Shown here piece after piece: positions 58,977 to 64,000 of a stretch of DNA of 64,000 nt. This DNA comes from Campylobacterota bacterium (GTDB lineage Bacteria; Campylobacterota; Campylobacteria; Campylobacterales; Arcobacteraceae): the NCBI GenBank assembly GCA_051746405.1, contig JBNJFB010000002.1:1-64000 (forward strand), given 5' to 3'. Both the position numbers and the translations under genes were made by a program. The notes under the pieces were generated by a model that saw only the letters and a list, made by a program, of their open reading frames with translations, had not been told where the DNA came from and ran no database searches. Each line of letters begins with the position of its first letter. Within the stretch, counting starts at the first letter, position 1.

Positions 58977-61253
58977 TTAAATTAAAATTTCTCTATTTCC
59001 TTTAGCATTTGCTTTTGATAGTACTCCCATTTGCTCTAATTGCTCTACAATAGTAGCAGCTCTGTTATACCCTATTCTTAATTTTCTTTGAATATATGAG
59101 ATTGATGTTTTTTTATCATTTAATACTACAGCTTTTGCATCTTCATATAACTCATCTAAATCAACCCCATCAGAACTAGTTGAGTCTCCACTTGAGATAC
59201 TACTTGAGTTTTTATCTTTGATAAAGTTCATATCATATTCAACTTCCCTTTGGGATTTTAAAAACTCAACTACCTCTTCTATTTCATCCTCTTTTGACCA
59301 TGGAGCATGAATTCTAACAAGTCCTGACATCCCTGGAGGTGTAAATAACATATCACCTCTACCAAGTAGTGATTCTGCACCTAATGAGTCTAAAATAATT
59401 TTTGAATCAACCTTTTGTCCAACTTTATATGAAAGTCTACTAGGTAAATTAGCTTTAATAAGTCCTGTTACAACATCAACAGATGGTCTTTGTGTTGCAA
59501 CAATTAAGTGAATACCCGAAGCCCTTGCCATTTGTGCTAATCTAGCTATAGAGTACTCAACATCTTTACCACTTGTCATCATCAAATCAGATAATTCATC
59601 AATAACAACAACTATATAAGGTAACTTATCATATCCATCTTTTATTGCTTTTTCATTGTAGTTTTCAATATTTTTTGTTCTGGTTTTAGACATTAATGTA
59701 TATCTTCTTTCCATTTCACTTACCATATTTGATAAAGCATTTATAGCATCTCCTGCTTTTGTAATAACAGGTGTTAATAGATGTGGAATATCATTATACA
59801 TTGAAAACTCTAACATTTTAGGATCAATCATAACAAGTCTTAAACTATCAGGAGAGTTTTTATATAACAAAGATAGAATCATAGAGTTTATACCAACAGA
59901 CTTACCTGAACCTGTAGTCCCTGCTATTAATAAGTGAGGTAACTTCTTTAAATCAGTTATAAAAGGTTTACCTACAATATCTTTTCCTAATATCATAGTA
60001 AGGGGTGATCTTGAATTTTGGAAAATTTCACTATCTAACATCTCTCTTAAAAAGATTATTTGACTATCTTCATTTGGAACTTCAATACCAACTACATCTT
60101 TTCCTGGAATTGGTGCTTGAATTCTAATAGTTTGAGCTTTAAGTGCCATAGCTAAGTCATCTTGCAAATTTAAAATTTTACTAACTTTTACATTTGGTGC
60201 TGGTTTAAACTCAAAAGTAGTTACAACAGGTCCTGTATATGTTCGTACAACATCACCTTCAATTTTAAACATCGATAACTTATCTAATAAATCATATATC
60301 TTTTGGTCAATTACTCCCTCTGATATTTTTGCTTTATTCTCTTTTGGTGGTTTTTGAAAGAACTTACTTGGTGGAAGTTTAAAATCTTTTGGTTTTTCTG
60401 TTTTACCAAGCTCTATATCTTCAAGTAGTTTTCTATTCTCTTCTAATTCATCTACTATTACACTTGTTGACTCAGGATGTACGTCCACATCTATAAACTC
60501 TTGTTCTTGGCTAGTTTCATCTTCATTTTGTTTGTCTTGGGGATTACTACTTTTCTTTTCTTGATTATTTTCATCTTCTTGTACAATATTTACTTTTACT
60601 TCATCATTACTATTTTTATTTGCAAGCTCTTCAACTTTTTTTAATAACTCTTCATTACTTTGAATGTCATCTATTTTTATCTCTGCTGTATCACCTTTTT
60701 CTTTGACACTTATAGTCTGCTCTTTTTTTCTATTATTTTGCTCTTTTTTAACTTTTAGTCTATTTGTATTTTGCTTAGATTTATTTGTAGATGGCTTAAT
60801 TGATGGTAGCTTTATATCTGAAAAGCTCATTTCACTATTTTCATATATAACTAAAAATGCAATGATATAACCAACTAATACAAATATATATAATCCAGCT
60901 TCACCAATAAATGGGCTTAAAGACTCAATTAGAATATTTCCTATTTCACCACTGTAAACTCCCTGTTTTATCAATAGTGATTGAAAAGTAAGTGATACTA
61001 AAAGTATTAAAAGCACTACACTTATATTTATAGCAAAATCTTTGTAATTAAAATCTTTTTTAAAATTTAAAGAGTAGATAGTATAAACAAATAAAAATAG
61101 ATAAAAATATGCAAGAAATCCAAAATACTCTATTGAATAGTTTGCAAATATGTATCCAAATTTACCTACTATATCTTTGCTACTAACAAATGTAGCAAAC
61201 TCAAAATATACTATTACAAACAATATAATTAATGATATGATTTTTTTACTGAT
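58977..61253 (-). CDS. ftsK: DNA translocase FtsK (start uncertain: ATC 61253 or TTG 61223)
   Basis: N-terminal TMs, AGTTGSGKS, IDPK, ATQRPSVD, IGYNRAA gamma domain. Confidence 0.95.
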   Translation of the reverse strand: MSKKIISLIILFVIVYFEFATFVSSKDIVGKFGYIFANYSIEYFGFLAYFYLFLFVYTIYSLNFKKDFNYKDFAINISVVLLILLVSLTFQSLLIKQGVYSGEIGNILIESLSPFIGEAGLYIFVLVGYIIAFLVIYENSEMSFSDIKLPSIKPSTNKSKQNTNRLKVKKEQNNRKKEQTISVKEKGDTAEIKIDDIQSNEELLKKVEELANKNSNDEVKVNIVQEDENNQEKKSSNPQDKQNEDETSQEQEFIDVDVHPESTSVIVDELEENRKLLEDIELGKTEKPKDFKLPPSKFFQKPPKENKAKISEGVIDQKIYDLLDKLSMFKIEGDVVRTYTGPVVTTFEFKPAPNVKVSKILNLQDDLAMALKAQTIRIQAPIPGKDVVGIEVPNEDSQIIFLREMLDSEIFQNSRSPLTMILGKDIVGKPFITDLKKLPHLLIAGTTGSGKSVGINSMILSLLYKNSPDSLRLVMIDPKMLEFSMYNDIPHLLTPVITKAGDAINALSNMVSEMERRYTLMSKTRTKNIENYNEKAIKDGYDKLPYIVVVIDELSDLMMTSGKDVEYSIARLAQMARASGIHLIVATQRPSVDVVTGLIKANLPSRLSYKVGQKVDSKIILDSLGAESLLGRGDMLFTPPGMSGLVRIHAPWSKEDEIEEVVEFLKSQREVEYDMNFIKDKNSSSISSGDSTSSDGVDLDELYEDAKAVVLNDKKTSISYIQRKLRIGYNRAATIVEQLEQMGVLSKANAKGNREILI

Positions 61254-61265
61254 ATTAAAGCCTTT

Positions 61266-62213
61266 TTATTTTAATAGTTTTGCAATTTTACCTTGAAGCT
61301 TTAGCCAAACTCTATGCTCCATAAGGGGGAAACCTGCCCATGATTTTTTTGGTTCTTTTATGCTTTTTGTAACACCACCACGTGCAGCTATTGTAGTAAA
61401 AGGTGCAATTTCCAAGTGTCCTGCTGTCGCACTTTGTCCACCCATTATGACATACTCATTTAAAGTAGTAGAGCCAGATAAACCAACCTGACCTGTTAAA
61501 ATACATCCCGTTTTTAATATACAGTTATGGGCTATATGTACAAGATTATCAATTCTAACACCTGATTCAATTATAGTTGATTTAAAAACTGCTCTGTCTA
61601 TACTACAGTTTGCACCTATTTCCACATCATTTCCAATTTTAACATTTCCATTTTGATATATTTTAATATACTTTCCATCTTTTGTATTTGCAAAACCAAA
61701 TCCATCACTTCCTATTACAGTTCCTGAATGAATAATAGTGTCACTACCAATTTCACAATCCCTATAAACTGTTACATTTGCATAGATAATAGTATTATCT
61801 CCAATTGTTACATTATCACCTATAAAAGAACCTGCCATAATTGTACAATTATTACCTATTTTTGTATTTTTTCCTAAAAAGACATTTTCCATAACTGTTG
61901 TATTTTCACCAACAATAGGTTCATCACCTAAGGTTTCTAAAAGTTTAGAAGAAAAAAGTTTAGAAGCTTTTGCTAAATTTAAATAAGGCTCATCACAAAC
62001 CAAAGCTATTGTATTTTTTGGAACAAAACTTTCATACTCTTTTTTAATTAAAACAGCAGCTGCTTTTGTATTTTTTAAATCATTTAAATATTTTTTATTC
62101 TCTAAAAAAGTAAGTTCAGTTTGTGTTGAGTCTTTTAGGGTATTTAATCCAGTAATTTTATTTGATAAATCACACTTTAGTTCTAAGCTTTTTGCAATTT
62201 CATTTAAAGTCAT
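61266..62213 (-). CDS. lpxD: UDP-3-O-acylglucosamine N-acyltransferase
   Basis: Hexapeptide repeats, GSDGFGF, IDNLVHIAHN. Confidence 0.96.
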   Translation of the reverse strand: MTLNEIAKSLELKCDLSNKITGLNTLKDSTQTELTFLENKKYLNDLKNTKAAAVLIKKEYESFVPKNTIALVCDEPYLNLAKASKLFSSKLLETLGDEPIVGENTTVMENVFLGKNTKIGNNCTIMAGSFIGDNVTIGDNTIIYANVTVYRDCEIGSDTIIHSGTVIGSDGFGFANTKDGKYIKIYQNGNVKIGNDVEIGANCSIDRAVFKSTIIESGVRIDNLVHIAHNCILKTGCILTGQVGLSGSTTLNEYVIMGGQSATAGHLEIAPFTTIAARGGVTKSIKEPKKSWAGFPLMEHRVWLKLQGKIAKLLK

Positions 62214-62255
62214 ATAATTCCTTTTGATTATATAAAAAGATAAGAGTAAAAACTC

Positions 62256-62753
62256 TTATCTCTCCATTGCAACAATACCACTTCTTACTGTTTCAAGTGG
62301 ATTGAATTTTTGCATAATCTTTATAAAGTTCATAATTCTTGAAGAAGAGTCAGTTGCAGATACTATAATAGCCTCATGTGTTACATTTTGAATAGAACCA
62401 TGATAAGCTCTTGCAATTACATCAATATCAGACAAATCATTTTCAATAGAAAACTTCATAATAACTGTATCTTTTTCAATTACATCTCTATGTTCATTTA
62501 CTTTTAATACAGGGATTAGTTTATTTAGTTGCTTTATAATTTGGTCAATTACTCTTTTATCACCTGTGGTAACAATGGTCATTCTTGAATACTCACTAGC
62601 TTCAATAGGAGCTACTGTTAATGAATCAATATTGTAACCTCTTGCAGAGAACAGTCCAACAATTCTTGATAATACATTATGTTCATTTAAAACAATTACA
62701 GAAATAACTCTTCTTGTTGTAACAGAATCATAATAATGGTTAAAATTATTCAT
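62256..62753 (-). CDS. ilvH: Acetolactate synthase small subunit
   Basis: VLSRIVGLFSARGYNIDSLTV, IIKQLNKLI. Confidence 0.95.
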   Translation of the reverse strand: MNNFNHYYDSVTTRRVISVIVLNEHNVLSRIVGLFSARGYNIDSLTVAPIEASEYSRMTIVTTGDKRVIDQIIKQLNKLIPVLKVNEHRDVIEKDTVIMKFSIENDLSDIDVIARAYHGSIQNVTHEAIIVSATDSSSRIMNFIKIMQKFNPLETVRSGIVAMER

Positions 62754-64000
62754 TACTTCACTCCTTCAATTAAAGTCATCTCATTTAAAGCATGACCATT
62801 TGGTACCATTGGAAGTACATCTTCATTTCTTTCTACAATTACATCAATCATTGCAGGTTTCTTTTGTTTAATTGCTTCTTTTAAAGCAATATCAAACTCT
62901 TCTTTAGTTGAAACTCTAAATCCAATACCACCAAAAGCCTCAATAAGCTTTACAAAATCAGGTTGACTAGATAAATCAGTTTCTGAAAGTCTATTTTCAT
63001 AAAACATAGTTTGCCATTGTCTTACCATACCTAAATAGTTATTATTTAAAATAATATTTATTACAGGTATATTATTTTGAACACACGTCATAAGCTCTTG
63101 TATATTCATCAAAATAGAACCATCACCTGTAATATTTACAGAGTATTTATCAGTTCCCTGGATTGCTTTAGCAACACCCATAGCAGCAGGAAGTCCAAAC
63201 CCCATTGTACCTAATCCACCAGAGGTTATCCACTGTCTTGGATAAGAGAATGGGTAAAATTGTGCTGTCCACATTTGATGCTGTCCCACATCAGTTGAAA
63301 CTATTGCTTTTTCACCTAAAAGCTCACCAACTCTTTTTATAGGCCATTGAGGCTTAATAACTTTATCTGAATCATTAAATCTTAAAGGCTCTTTTTGTCT
63401 ATACTCCCTTAATAATTCAACCCAGTTTGTATAGTCATTAAAACTATCATCATCTTTTGATGAATCAATCATACCTTGAACTGTAGTTTTTAGATCACCA
63501 ACAATTGGATAATCAGGTCCTACAATTTTAGCTATACTAGATGGATCAATATCCACATGTATAATTTTTGCTTTTGAAGCAAACTCATCTAATCTTCCTG
63601 TAACCCTATCATCAAACCTAGCTCCAAGTGAAATCAATAAATCAGTCTCATAAGCTGCCATATTAGCAGCAAACTCACCATGCATTCCAAGCATACCAAA
63701 GAATAGTGGATTTTCATCCCCCATTACACCCCTTGCCATTAACGTTTCAACAGCAGGTATATTTTTGAGTTTTGCGAACTCTTTTATTTCATGGGCACAG
63801 TTTGAAAGAACAGCTCCACCACCTATATAAAGTAGTGGTTTTTTAGCACTCTTTATAGCATTCATAGCCTTTTTTAACTGCTTTTTATTGTAGTTAACTG
63901 TAGGCTTATATGTTGGTAAGTGAACTTGATCTGGATATACAAAATCTCCTGTTTGAGCAGTGATATCTTTTGGTATATCAACATGAACAGGACCTGGTCT
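62753..64000 (-). CDS. ilvI: Acetolactate synthase large subunit, 5' end outside the window
   Basis: RPGPVHVDIPKD at the edge, GMLGMHG, RFDDRVTG, GDGS, GMVRQWQ. Confidence 0.95.
   Translation of the reverse strand, partial: RPGPVHVDIPKDITAQTGDFVYPDQVHLPTYKPTVNYNKKQLKKAMNAIKSAKKPLLYIGGGAVLSNCAHEIKEFAKLKNIPAVETLMARGVMGDENPLFFGMLGMHGEFAANMAAYETDLLISLGARFDDRVTGRLDEFASKAKIIHVDIDPSSIAKIVGPDYPIVGDLKTTVQGMIDSSKDDDSFNDYTNWVELLREYRQKEPLRFNDSDKVIKPQWPIKRVGELLGEKAIVSTDVGQHQMWTAQFYPFSYPRQWITSGGLGTMGFGLPAAMGVAKAIQGTDKYSVNITGDGSILMNIQELMTCVQNNIPVINIILNNNYLGMVRQWQTMFYENRLSETDLSSQPDFVKLIEAFGGIGFRVSTKEEFDIALKEAIKQKKPAMIDVIVERNEDVLPMVPNGHALNEMTLIEGVK

Noticed and set aside
61253..61268. LpxD-FtsK read-through fusion (same frame, single TAA between them)
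   Set aside because: TAA is an efficient stop, ftsK has its own SD, and there is no functional rationale

Overview
AT-rich chromosomal window from an Arcobacteraceae-like member of the Campylobacterota (inferred from hobA, xerH/difH, mqnC, a second gltX, the oad-pckA cluster and a 6S RNA upstream of purD). The accessory part is an 11,877-bp integrated element (about 54-11976) inserted into the initiator tRNA-Met of a minus-strand tRNA operon (Gln-fMet-Met) and flanked by a 46-bp direct repeat. It encodes a CI/CII-like switch with face-to-face promoters, a tyrosine integrase, a putative ssDNA-binding protein, a Rep_trans rolling-circle initiator with a candidate nick hairpin, a GH24 endolysin, about eight unknown virion-like proteins (three look like tandem paralogs) and a tail-fibre-like protein. 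I could not recognise a terminase, portal, HK97 or jelly-roll capsid, Zot/pI ATPase or conjugation gene. It is a candidate for an undescribed type of small, temperate, rolling-circle phage. The rest (12.2-64 kb) is core genome: ribBX, pckA, oadGAB, a LexA-like repressor, metG, fbp, slt, a motif-degenerate GluRS2, mqnC, bamA, tyrA, folP, holB, hobA, lysC, rppH, hemW, prmC, prlC, xerH with the adjacent difH site, cheYARDB, pnp, lptD, purD, 6S RNA, hemD, der, hpf, ftsK, lpxD and ilvHI. All calls come from reading the sequence and recalling family motifs; no database searches were run.
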